A DNA stretch of 64,000 nucleotides from Alphaproteobacteria bacterium (lineage in GTDB: Bacteria > Pseudomonadota > Alphaproteobacteria > MPNO01 > UBA830): the NCBI GenBank assembly GCA_964291215.2, contig OZ219791.1:2592001-2656000 (forward strand), given 5' to 3'. Both the position numbers and the translations under genes were made by a program. The notes beneath the pieces were generated by a model. The model was not told where the DNA came from. It ran no database searches and saw only the letters and a list, made by a program, of their open reading frames with translations. Numbering within the stretch: position 1 is the stretch's first letter; each line of letters starts with the position of its first letter. Shown piece after piece: positions 1 to 9,904 of this stretch.

Positions 1-60
1 CGCGTTCGGAGCATGGAGTTGGATTACGCAACCTGATGTCTGGAAATTGTCGTGAAGCTG

Positions 61-1203
61 TCAGTCATCGAGCTGTTCCCATTTGATGTATGCCTTGGTT
101 TCGGTTTCCCATTTTTCGTCGATGAGGACCGCGGTTGAGAGGCGCTCCAACGAGGCGAGGTTCGGAAAGACCCTGACTTTGGAGGTGCGCCGCTTGAGCT
201 CTTGCTGGATCGGCCGCTCGATACCGTTCGAGGTTCGCATACGTTTGCGGTGAGCATCGGGCAAGGTGAAGACAGCGAGCCCCTCGGGCGCATTCTTTTC
301 CAGCCAGTCTGCGAAGCCTGGATGCTTGTCGCGATAGCTGGCCACGAGGGCGCCCAGTTCAGCCTCGGCGGTTTGGAGTGAGGACGCATGGCTCCGAGCT
401 GTTTTCCAATACGTTTCCTGATGTCATTGTTCGGTGCGTGCTGCACGGCGTTTTGCGCCAAGTGGAACTGGCAGCGCTGCCATGTCGCCGCGCCCAGCAC
501 CGCGCGTCGTGCCGCTTTCAGCCCGGCATGGTCATCCGAGACGATGAAGGTCGTACCATGCAGGGCTAGCAAGCTTTCCAGGAAGGCTCTCCAATGGACC
601 TCGGCCTCGGAGAGCGCCACAGAGAGCCCCAGAACGTGCCTGCAGCCCCTATTCCGATGGCCGAGAGCACTGCAACATCGCGCACAACGCCGTCATGGCG
701 GGCTTTTTCGTAGCGCGCATCCAGGATCAGGTATTTCATCAGCCCAAGGGGCCGGTTGCGCCAGGCGGCGAGTTCTTCATCGAGCAACCTGGTGGCCCGG
801 CTGACCTGAGAAGAGGACAGGCTTTCGATCCCGAACTCGCGCATTACATCTTGCCGCGTGGAAACACCCTTGATGTACATCTCGGCTACAGCCAGCATGA
901 CGGCGCGAGAAGATCGCTGGCCGCGTTCAAGCGACTGGGGATAGAACGGATCGTCCCCGTGACCGGCCGTCTTTGGCACCTGAACGGTAACAGGGGGGTG
1001 TCGATCCGTTTGGGCTTGTAGCCGTTGGCATAGCCCTGTCGTTCCGGTGTCCGTTCGTAGCGGCCCGCTTTCAAGTGCTGCTCGCGCTCGATTTGCATCG
1101 CAAGCTCGAAGAGCTGACCAAAGATCCGCCCCAGATCCGTTGCTCCGTTTGCGATCAGATGTTCCAAAACGGCCTCAATCGTCGTAGTGTGTCGCAGGTC
1201 CAT
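61..1203 (-). pseudogene. IS256 (Mutator) transposase, frameshifted
   Basis: Motifs spread over four ORFs: MDLRHTTTIEAVLEHL..YERTPERQGYANGYKPK, EMYIKGVSTR, YLILDARYEK, IVSDDHAGLKAA..WQRCQFH, RMRTSNGIER..QELKRRT. Confidence 0.88.
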
Positions 1204-1284
1204 TCGCTTCCTCCATGGTAACTGCTCACCCCCTGGTTCCGGCTTGATGTCGGGGTAGAGCAACGAACGGGTTTTCGTGGAGAT

Positions 1285-1313
1285 TTGACACTGCATGCCG
1301 ATTCGCTTAGTGG
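1285..1313 (+). promoter_or_regulatory. Putative sigma70 promoter of the IS66 MTase-transposase operon
   Basis: TTGACA-17 nt-TAGTGG upstream of the GTG at 1342. Conserved in the copies near 38500, 42170 and 53270. Confidence 0.5.
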
Positions 1314-1341
1314 TGGTCATCGAGAACGACGGGGACCGCCA

Positions 1342-1470
1342 GTGGGCTACTTTGGATCGAAGGCGACGAGCGGGCTGTGCCAGCTGCTTCCGGGGCTCCA
1401 GCCTCCGCATGATCTGTATGTGGAAACGCATCTCGGAGGCGGCGCGCTGATGAAGCGCAAGGCCGGGTGA
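1342..1470 (+). pseudogene. Internally deleted Dam-like DNA adenine methyltransferase (N-terminal remnant)
   Basis: GYFGSKATSGLCQ..PPHDLYVETHLGGGALMKRKA corresponds to motifs X and I of alpha-class N6-adenine MTases. Its stop overlaps the transposase ATG (TGATG). Confidence 0.72.
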
Positions 1471-2849
1471 TGGCGACGGTCAACGCAGCGTCGCTGCGCG
1501 AGGAGTTCGAAGCGGCCAAGACCCGGATCGCGGCGCTGCGTGCGGCCGGCAAGGTGGCGGAAGAGGCCGTGATCCGCGTCCTCGTCATCCTGCTCGACAT
1601 CATCATCGTCGTCCTTCTGGAGAAGACCACGCGCAAAACGAGCCGGAACTCCGGTCTGCCGCCGTCACAGACGGACAAGGACGAGAGCGTGCCGGAAGCA
1701 ACGGCAAGGGCCCGAAGCCGAACCGGCAGATGGGCGACAACCTGCGCAAGACCATCGTCGAGGAGACGGTCGCGGCCTGCGACGCCTGCGGCGCTGACAT
1801 CGACGGCCCCGTCGATCGGGAGCGCCGCGTCCTCTACGACATCGTGTTCGAGGTCGTCGAGCGCCGCGCCGAGATCAAGGAATGTCCGAAGTGCAAGGCC
1901 CGGACCAAGGGCCGGTTCCCCGACAACATCCCGTGCAGTACGGCATCGGCATCCAGGCCCTCGTCATCAACCTGCTGGTCGCCCAAATGCTGTCCCTGCG
2001 CCGTGCCGTCGCGTTCGTGCAGGCGATCTCCGGCATCAAGCTCTCCGAGGCAACCTGCCTCGGCTATGCTTTCACGATGCGTCATGGGAGGAGGCCGCCG
2101 TGGCGCACCTCCTGCAACGCCCAGCCCTGCATGTCGACGAGACCGGATTTCGGATCAACAGTAAGTGGCTTCATGTCGTGGGACCCTGACGTGCAAGTTC
2201 CCGCACCGCAAGCGCGGCCGGGAGGCAATCGAAGAGATCGGCATCATCCCGCGCTACAAGGGCGTCCTGGTCCACGACTGCTGGGCCTCGTACATGGGCT
2301 ATGACCAGTGTAGCCACCAGCTGTGCGGCAGCCACCTGCTGCGCGAACTGACCTTTGTCGTCGAGGCTACCGCTGGGCGCGGCTGATGAAGAGCCTGCTC
2401 CGCGAGGTCTGCCACAAGGTCAACAAGAGCGCATCCAAGACCCTGAACGACGCCGGGCGCAAGCGCTACCGCACCATCAGGGCGCCAGGGAACTGCCCGA
2501 TATCCTGCCGCCGCCAAAAGGAAAACGTGGACGCAAGTCCGACGCGCACAACCTGCACGAACGTCTTGTGAAACACGAAAAGTCAGTCCTGCGCTTCACA
2601 GACGACCCCAACGTCAGCTTCACCAACAATGCCGGAGAACAGAAGATCAGGATGGCAAAGGTCAAGCTCAAGGTGTCCGGATGCTTCCGCACCATGCTCC
2701 ACGCAAAAGCATGGTGCCGGAGCTCAAGCTACCTCACCTCCATGGCCGCACTCGGCTACAACCCACTCGTCGCCACCCAGATCGCCCTCGACGGAAAAGC
2801 CGCAGACATCATCAACGAGCACTATGAATCAGAACCCAACAAGGGGTGA
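1470..2849 (+). pseudogene. IS66-family single-ORF transposase, frameshifted
   Basis: RKTSRNSGLPPS, zinc-finger CDACG..CPKC, LHVDETGFRI..WLHV, VLVHDCWASY, HQLCGSHLLREL, VSFTNNAGEQKIRMAKVKLKVSGCFRT. Confidence 0.88.
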
Positions 2850-2857
2850 GTAGATAC

Positions 2858-3412
2858 CCTCAAGGAATGGAACGCATCGTGCAGAGCGTCACGTGGTGGA
2901 GTAAAGACGCTCTTCCGGGTTCCTCTTCGCTACCTGCGTTCAGCCGCCTGTGACCCCCGCTTCTGCGCGCGGCGCGGGCTTTGGCCAATCGCATTGCCCT
3001 TCCCTCCAGCAACTCCGCAGGCTCCGAAGAACCCTTGTTCGCCGCCTTCAACGGTACTATGGCCGGATCTGACTTCTCGTTCATCATCGGTTTACGGAAT
3101 AGTTCCTTTCCTCTGCGGCCCCTCCACGACAGAGGGGCGATTGAAAGACCTCCCAGGTCCCTGCTTCGGCGCGTGCCATGGTTCTCGGACCCCGCGGAGC
3201 CCCCGCTCGCCTCACCAACGCGGCTCGTTGCCTTCGGCCACGACCTCGGCACTCCGGTTTCAAAGCATCTCGTGGCTCAATAGCCCGGCCTGCCGCTCCC
3301 CAACGCTTCGCCTGACGCCTCACGACGCATGGTTCACGGAGAAAGTGGTGGTTAGCCTCTCTTCCTGCCGGGACTTGCACCCGGCAACATTCCACCAGTT
3401 AGCCTGGCGCAC
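2858..3412 (-). mobile_element. Group II intron, 5' fragment, truncated by an IS66 right end
   Basis: Starts GTGCGCCAGG on the minus strand at 3412. Near-identical to 39213-39780 and 50202-50713. Confidence 0.85.
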
Positions 3413-3703
3413 CCAACGTCAGCTTCACCAACAATGCCGGAGAACAGAAGATCAGGATGGCAAAGGTCAAGCTCAAGGTGTCCGGATGCTTCCGCTCCAC
3501 GCAAAAGCATGGTGCCGGGGCTCAAGCTACCTCACCTCCATGGTGGCACTCGGCTACAACCCACTCGTCGCCACCCAGATCGCCCTCGACGGAAAAGCCG
3601 CAGACATCATCAACGAGCACTACGACCAATCAGAACCCAATTAGGGGTGAGTAGATACCCTCCATGAATGTTTTACAACTCCATGGGATAGCACGATGGC
3701 GCC

Positions 3704-3740
3704 GCGTTTCACTGGGGGGGCTAGCCCCCCAGTGAAACGC
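3704..3740. repeat. Near-perfect 37-bp palindrome inside the IS256 leader
   Basis: GCGTTTCACT-G7-CTAG-C6-AGTGAAACGC. Confidence 0.85.
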
Positions 3741-3926
3741 CTCAAAGCGCAAACCTCAGACAAATTTCCAGACATCAAGTTACAGTACCTGGAGTTAGTT
3801 TGTCTTCGCGGAAGGTGGCGTCGCGGACATGATGATGGCTCTCAACTACCCAGTGTCCGCGATTCCATGCGAGCAGCTGTTGCGGCGAGGCGCGCTCGAC
3901 CGAGCATCCATGTTTCTTGGCAAGGT

Positions 3927-4093
3927 GTATCTACTCACCCCTCTACTTATGACGAAGATCGATCCGCTTCTTGTCAGCCGGAACACGCACCTCCGGTCAT
4001 CGGTCGCGAGCGAGTTAAAGGGGCAAGGGAAAATGCCGGATCCGAACCCGTCAGGAAAAACGATTCGTCATCAGTAGAGGGGTGAGTAGATAC
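3927..4093. mobile_element. 167-bp MITE-like unit bounded by two inverted IS66-type right ends
   Basis: GTATCTACTCACCCCTCTACT(T/G)ATGACGAA inverted repeat (30 bp, one mismatch). No TSD visible. Confidence 0.7.
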
Positions 4094-4354
4094 ATCTCAC
4101 GCAGATAATTCTCCTGCGTGCCAGACGACAGCCCCTTCATCGTCTCGACCGTCTTCTGGCGTAGAGGGGAAACGTCCCTTGTCTCTCACTCCCTGGTTGA
4201 TAGTCCTCCCGAACAGTCGGGAGCCTAGGAAGTGTGGCGCCTCGATCAGATCATCGAAACATCAGGAACGACGATCTCTCAACACAACCACTCACATCGA
4301 TCGCTCAGAACAGTGCTCGATCACAAGCACCCATGGCCGCGAAGCGGCCTTCGT

Positions 4355-4477
4355 CCAAAAAATCCGCTGCCCCTTCCATCACGACAACGGATACTACGCC
4401 GCTTCACAAAAAGCCAGCGAAAATGCGAATCATCCTGAACAAGCGGAATCAATCCTTTCAACAAACCTGGCGTGGGA
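4355..4477 (-). repeat. Left terminus of a DUF4338-encoding mobile element (isolated remnant)
   Basis: Matches 9650-9770 and the reverse complement of 43999-44115. All three end abruptly at ACAAACCTGGCGTGGGA. Confidence 0.65.
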
Positions 4478-4619
4478 TCACGGTGGCCTCGGGTTGATCC
4501 AATGTTGATCGGATCGGCAGGGGGAGTGTAGTCTATGACGATGGGCATCCTGACAGGGTGCGCCGGTCTTGTACGGCCCGGCGCCCGCCGGACCAGACGC
4601 ATAACGGAGATACAATCCT

Positions 4620-5516
4620 ATGGCCTTTCGCACTCTGGCGGCCGTGGCCACTGTTTTCGCCCTTGCGGCGTGTGGCGGGGGCGGCAGCGCTTCCAACGGA
4701 GGCCCCAACAATCCCGGCGCGGCACTTGATCAAATCCGGGCATTGACCAATGCCGCGTCGCCGGCAGAAACGGTAGGAGACCAAGACGCGCGTGCTCCCG
4801 GCATAACCTCGCGCGCCGACTCCCTGCTTGTCACCACGATACATGCAGAGACGAGCGCGAGGGAAATTCCCACCTTCACCCTTCGGGCTTCGTGTTCGGG
4901 AACGGCATGCACGTTTAGCGAACCCAGAACCGGATATTCGGCTACCATCCGCCTGTCCGATTTTGAGTTCGTATCCGCCACCGAACATGCGGTTGGCACG
5001 AAGCACGGCGTCACGCTCGTCAGGTCGTCCGGACGCCATGACGGAACGGACTTCCGCGGGCTCGGTGGATGGATGAACCACAGCGGGTTCTTTGTGCGAG
5101 ACGAGCGGTCCACCGTTGATGGCATACGGATAGATGGTCGAAGTGGCGTCGTCGGTGGCGATCTGACGGGGTCGCGACCGCTCGGAAGCGCGACATGGCA
5201 GGGTTTGATGGTCGGCACCCCGGCCACGGGCGCGGGCGGTGGCGACAGGCTTCAGGGCGATGCGAGCCTGACGTACGACATGAGCTCCCGAACGCTGGAT
5301 GCCGCGTTCACGGACATTCAGAACATCGACCGGCTCCGCGCTCACTCTGTCTCTACCGTTCGCTTCGCCAGTGTCTCTGTAGGCGCGGACGGGAAGTTCC
5401 GAGCCGGTGCCACGGGCAACCACATTCAGGGCGGCTTCTACGGTTCCGGCCATGCCGAGGCGACGGGCGTCTTCGAGCAGCAGAACATCGTCGGAGCCTT
5501 CGGCGCTCGGCAGTAG
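4620..5516 (+). CDS. Surface lipoprotein with TbpB-like C-terminal beta-barrel
   Basis: Lipobox LAAC followed by a Gly/Ser tether. GSATWQGLMVG and C-terminal IQGGFYGSGHAEATGVF..IVGAFGARQ resemble transferrin-binding-protein-like barrels. GGAG RBS. Confidence 0.72.
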   Translation: MAFRTLAAVATVFALAACGGGGSASNGGPNNPGAALDQIRALTNAASPAETVGDQDARAPGITSRADSLLVTTIHAETSAREIPTFTLRASCSGTACTFSEPRTGYSATIRLSDFEFVSATEHAVGTKHGVTLVRSSGRHDGTDFRGLGGWMNHSGFFVRDERSTVDGIRIDGRSGVVGGDLTGSRPLGSATWQGLMVGTPATGAGGGDRLQGDASLTYDMSSRTLDAAFTDIQNIDRLRAHSVSTVRFASVSVGADGKFRAGATGNHIQGGFYGSGHAEATGVFEQQNIVGAFGARQ

Positions 5517-6010
5517 CCGGGCTTGGCCCTGGCGGTCATGATGGCCATGGCGCTTGCCCGGGCGCGCGCCGGCCGCGTCAGGCAGATGAGGTCCTTCGTC
5601 GGCGCCGTGCCTTACCGCGACACAAGCTGAACCCTCTTCTGTCTCCGAAATCGTCAATCGGACCGCCGGGCTGCCGCCGGCACAGGCGAGACCGTGACTG
5701 TCGTTACGTAATGTTGTCTTATCGTTCTGGTTGTATCGCGGAAATCAACACCATTGCTCGCCTCCAAAGCCCGGATAAACGGAGCACTGCCACGCCACGA
5801 CACCTCATGTAACTCCGAAGACCTCACAGCCCACACGCACGGTGATCCCATGCTGCTAATCTGGTGACGACTAGCGAGATTTTCTCAGTTTGCGTCGCGC
5901 TGCAATCGTGCGCCAAGGCTCGATGGGGCCTTCTTGGCACGAAAATTGCGATCAAGGAGGCGATCTGTGATGAGCCGAGTCCCAACGCATTCGGATTTCG
6001 CGTCTCCGAA

Positions 6011-7600
6011 TCAGTGCCCGCGCGGAAATGACCGTTTTGGCTGCGATTCCGGCGAAATTTCTGGTTTGATCGCCCTTCCAGGTCCCGCTCCGTTTTCGGG
6101 GAGATTCCTGCTGATTCGCGGCGGTATCAGGGCTCTTCCAGCCGAGAAGCCGGACGAGCGGCTCCGTTCCCGCTCCCGGCGGGTTTCGCGGGTGGGGTGG
6201 AGGGATGCTGCCGTCAGGCGGCGCGTTTTCGTCGTCGTCGGGCCTGGGCTTGGGCCGTCTGTGCAACAGCAGGCGGTGGACATTGAAGGCGACCATGGAC
6301 AGCGCCACCATCCGCGCCGTCCGCCCCACAGGACCCGGTCCATGCCGCGTTGCTCAAGATTGTTGATCGCCGACTCCACGGCCGGATGCTGTCGGCGCAT
6401 CTCCCGGAATGTCGGGTCAGCTTCCCGTTCCGCCCGACCAGGCTTTCCCTTCTTCGGCAGCTCGTCCAGTGCAATCCGGTTGGAGGGGCTGTGGAACCCG
6501 CGATCGAAACTGCACAGGCCGGGGTAGCGAGCCTGTACTTCCCGGATCATGGGCACCGCATGGTCCACGTCACTGCCCTCCCACAGGATCCGGTGGTGCA
6601 GGAGGAAGCCGTGCTGGTCCTCCAGCATGGCCACCGGCACGCCGAGTTCCACCGGCACTTGCCCTTCACGCACCAGCGCTCCTCGAAGATCGAAAACACC
6701 CTCTCTTCCTGCGGGATCTTCTCGCCTTGGGCGGCGGTCCACCTGGTCGATCTGCCGGCGGGCATGGTTGAGGTACGATTTGATCTTGAGAATCCTGAAG
6801 GCCCCGACGCCCTTCTCCACAACCGTCTCTTGCGCTCCAACTCCCGGCTGTCGTCGAGGTACCATCCTCCGAAAAGGCCCGCCGGGTCTCTTCTGAAAGC
6901 GCTTCCCGCGGCTCCGATGCTGCCACTGCCGTCACCCCCGCGAGCACGGCTGCGCGGCCGCACCAGACAGCGCATCCCACAGCAGGTTGACGTCCGTCGG
7001 GTAGTGCACCTCACCACAAACGAATCGCAGCGGCCCCGCAAGGGACCGTCCGACTTGCGCTTGCGGACCATCGCATGGCCGCTCCCCGCCACCAGATGAG
7101 ATGCCTTCTCCAGCACTTCCGGCGTCAGATGGCTCACGTTCTCCAGCACCGTCCGATAGCTGTACCTCGTGTTGTCCCGGATATCGCCGTGGTCCGGGAA
7201 CTTCCGAACCGTCTCGTTCACCAGCTCGTGCAGATGATCGAGCCCAGGCCCTGCTTCAGGACACCAGGATCTTCCACAACGCCGGGACGCGCTTTCCTGT
7301 GGGACACTCCCGGAAGGATCCCCTCCTCCAGGATCTTGAACAGCCGGGTCGGCATACACGTGCTGAATCCCGCGCATGTCATCCCGCGAGTCTTCGCTGA
7401 GATCGATCTTCTCGATCGCAACCTGGCCCAATTCCAGCTGCGGAACGTTTCGCATGGCAATTCTCGCGAAGTTTTCCGAAAATCCGGCGGATTTCCGGTC
7501 TGATCGGCCAATTCCCGCCCCAAGGCGGGATTATTCGTCCCCTTTATATCAGGATTTCACCAAAAAAATCAAGCGATTTTATATTTTTTCCAGGCACTAA
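6011..7600 (-). mobile_element. ISNCY/IS5-like DDE element with frameshifted transposase (6011-7455)
   Basis: GRCDSFVV, VFSIFEE..WCVKGK, VPVELGVPVAMLEDQHGF, CSFDRGFHSP, RRQHPAVESAINNLEQRG. Ends resemble an imperfect AGTGCC..GGAAA IR. Confidence 0.7.
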
Positions 7601-7731
7601 CTCGGTGACGACATGAAGCGATTGGGTCCTGCCGTCGACCCGGAAGCCGGTTTCGTCGACATGCAGCGTTGGGCGTTCCAGCAGCTCGGCGATGGCGGCC
7701 TGCTCCCATGAGTGCAGCGCGTCATGCAGGC

Positions 7732-7918
7732 CAGGACTTTCCTACGCTGCATTCGATCTTACCGACTGCTGATGGAGGGAGGTTGCACAGCCTGCCGGGT
7801 TTTCCGGCCGCGGGGCCGTCCACGGGTCGCCGCAGCCGGAAAACCTGGCAAGAATGCGGAAATTTGTGCCCCGTTCAGCGGTCATTCAATACATCAACCA
7901 CAGCGTGGGAAAGTCTTG
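7732..7918. mobile_element. 187-bp MITE
   Basis: 18-bp IR CAGGACTTTCCTACGCTG / CAGCGTGGGAAAGTCTTG (16/18). 9-bp TSD CATGCAGGC at 7723-7731 and 7919-7927. Internal hairpin at about 7793-7850. Confidence 0.85.
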
Positions 7919-8283
7919 CATGCAGGCGCCTGACGTAGCAGAGGCAGGTGGCCTCGGAGAGGTCGGTACCGCAGGCGTCGCAGGCCTCGACGGCGACTGT
8001 CTCCTCGACGACGGTTTTCCGGAGGTTGTCGTCTGTCTGGAGGTTCGGCTTCGGGCCCTTGCCGCTGGCGCCCTTGCGCCGCTCGTCCTTGTCCGTCTAC
8101 GACGGCGGAAGGCCGGAGTCGGCGCCGGTCTTGCGGGTTGTCTTCTCCAGCAGGACGGCAAGCAGGATGCTCGGCAAGGTAAACAGTACGCGGATCACGT
8201 CATCGGCCTCTTTGGATATCTTGCCGGCAGCGCCGCGGTCCTGGCCGCCTCGAACGCCTCGCGCGCCGTGTTGACCGTCGCCA

Positions 8284-9421
8284 TCACCCGGCCTCAACAG
8301 TCATGATCGCCGCGAGCATCGCCCGGCGGCATCTTCCGGTAGCCCGCCGCCCGGCCTTGCGCTTGATGCGCTGACGGTCCGTGCGGTTCCGCCCGGCATC
8401 GCCGGCCGAGTGCATCCGCCCGGGCTCGAAGTCGAGCCACACCACCTCGGTGCGGACCCGGGTCGTCACCTGCACGGCGATGCGGCGCCAGTCCCGCAGG
8501 GTGAAAGTTTCGTATGGCACGGTTGCAGGCTCAGTACCATTTGTTCATCTCACAGTGCCGGGGTGTGATTTGGGCTGATGTTGTCGTTGGCTGGTGCGCC
8601 GTCTGCACCGATCATGGCCGTCCACGCGCTCTCGAAGCGGTCGGGCAGGGTGCGGAAGGTGATTGTCCGCCGACGATGCGCCAGCGCATGCCGGAGCGTT
8701 TCATGCGCTGTGTGACGAGGGTCTTGTTTGCCGCCTCGACAATTCCCGAGCCGGTTGCTTCAGCGCGTGGTAGCGCATGCGGTAGCGATGTTTGCGGAAG
8801 AAGGACAGTTCCCTGTCGACATCGGCCCGTTGGCTCCGCGGTGTCGCGAAGGTGGCGCAGCGTCCGGATCACCCTGTCGATGCCGCGGGGGTCGTGACAA
8901 AATCCTGTCCTGAAACGGGCGATTGTCACGAAAACCCGTTTTCGCCGCTGCCTTGCGACCGCACAACCGTGTTAAATCAATGATTTGAATTCGACATATG
9001 AGAACTGCACCCGTCCCGCAGCAGGTCGTCGTACAACGCCGAGGGGTGGCCCGAGACCATCGCCTGACACGGCAGCCCCTTGAGCAGTTCAAGGAGTTCG
9101 ACATGGTCGGCTTCGGTGTAGTTGTGGCGGTACCGCCGCTTCGACCGGCGGGTCGCCTGCAGGGGTCGCTGCAGACCAGTTCCGTGCCCCGGAATACAAG
9201 GCCGGCCAGAACCGCGTGGGCGCAGCCGTGGATCAGTTTCACCGGATAGTCGCACCCGAATCCGTCCAGCGCTCGCCGGTCGATCCCGATAGAGCACGGC
9301 GCCTTGCGCTTCATCAGCGCGCCGCCTCCCGGATGCGTTTCCACATACAGATCATGCGGAGGCTGGAGCCCAAGAAGCAGTTGGCACAGCCCGCTCGCGC
9401 CTTCGATCCAAAGTAGCCCAC
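8284..9421 (-). pseudogene. Dam-like (D12 class) DNA adenine methyltransferase, split by a MITE
   Basis: GYFGSKA..ETHPGGGALMKRKAP.SIGID..LIHGCAH..TELVCSDP / RRYRHNYTEADHVELLELLKGLPCQAMVSGHPSALYDDLLRD / WRRIAVQVTT..RTEVVWLDF..DRQRIKRKA. Confidence 0.75.
8499..9012 (-). mobile_element. 514-bp non-autonomous ISKra4/ISLre2-like deletion derivative
   Basis: IR GGGTGAAAGTTTCGTATG / CATATGAGAACTGCACCC. 8-bp TSD GTCCCGCA (8491-8498, 9013-9020). Retains transposase C-terminal motif GSGIVEAANKTLVTQRMKRSGMRW. Confidence 0.82.
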
Positions 9422-9545
9422 CGGTACTCCCCGTCGCTCTCGATGACCACCACTAACCGAATCAGCCTACAGTGCCAAATCTCCACGAAACCCCGTTCGT
9501 TGCTCTACCCTGACATCAAGCCGGAACCAGGGGGTGAGCAGATAC

Positions 9546-9770
9546 AAACCAGGATAGTGATGACGGTCAATGACACGATTCCAGCGACACCAGGCCGTGC
9601 AAGGCGCACAACCACATCCCGGAGCGCAAAACCCTCCGGAGTTGTCTCAAAAAAATCCGCTGCCCCTTCCATCACAACAACGGATGCTACGCCGCTTCAC
9701 GGAAAGTCGGCAAAAATGCGAATCATCCGGAACAAGCGGAACCAATCCTTCCAACAAACCTGGCGTGGGA
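9546..9770 (-). mobile_element. Left end plus DUF4338 N-terminus of an unassigned element, truncated by IS66
   Basis: Reverse complement matches 43999-44210 (FFETTPEGFALRDVVVRLARP..RWNRVIDRHHYPGF). Confidence 0.65.
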
Positions 9771-9904
9771 CCGCCGTGGTAGCCGGTGGCTGCCCGTTGC
9801 CCGTCCGGTTCGAAAACGGGATAATCCGCGCTGTGGGTGCAGCACGCCGGAAGCGGATGCGGTGGGGGCGCATCCATTCGGAACCAGGTTCATGGGGGCA
9901 TGAC

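Larger units (their letters stand above)
1218..3658 (+). mobile_element. IS66-like MTase-carrying element, tandem composite (IRL-tnp-IRR-intron remnant-tnp 3' end-IRR)
   Basis: IRL GTAACTGCTCACCCC at 1218. IRR GGGGTGAGTAGATAC ends at 2857 and again at 3658. Perfect 8-bp TSD CCTCCATG at 1210-1217 and 3659-3666, the length typical of IS66. Confidence 0.88.
22..3789 (-). mobile_element. IS256-family element, interrupted in its 5' leader by an IS66/intron composite
   Basis: Imperfect terminal IRs sharing TGATGTCTGGAAATT (about 34-48, and inverted at about 3763-3777). 8-bp flanking repeat TGGAGTTG (14-21) / TGGAGTTA (3790-3797). Contains IS256 transposase fragments. Confidence 0.8.
7605..9545 (-). 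mobile_element. Truncated IS66-like element retaining a full-length (decayed) methyltransferase
   Basis: IRL ends at 9545 (GGGGTGAGCAGATAC). The 5' half of the transposase (7605-8284) is homologous to 1470-2190. Carries two MITE insertions. Confidence 0.75.

Noticed and set aside
5640-6010. Possible left end of another IS before the ISNCY element
   Set aside because: RBS-like AGGAGG and a weak hairpin are present, but no partner IR, TSD or recognisable transposase motif.
9443-9904. N-terminal extension of the opine dehydrogenase ORF
   Set aside because: Translates the antisense IS66 left end and another element terminus; the Rossmann fold starts at 9905.
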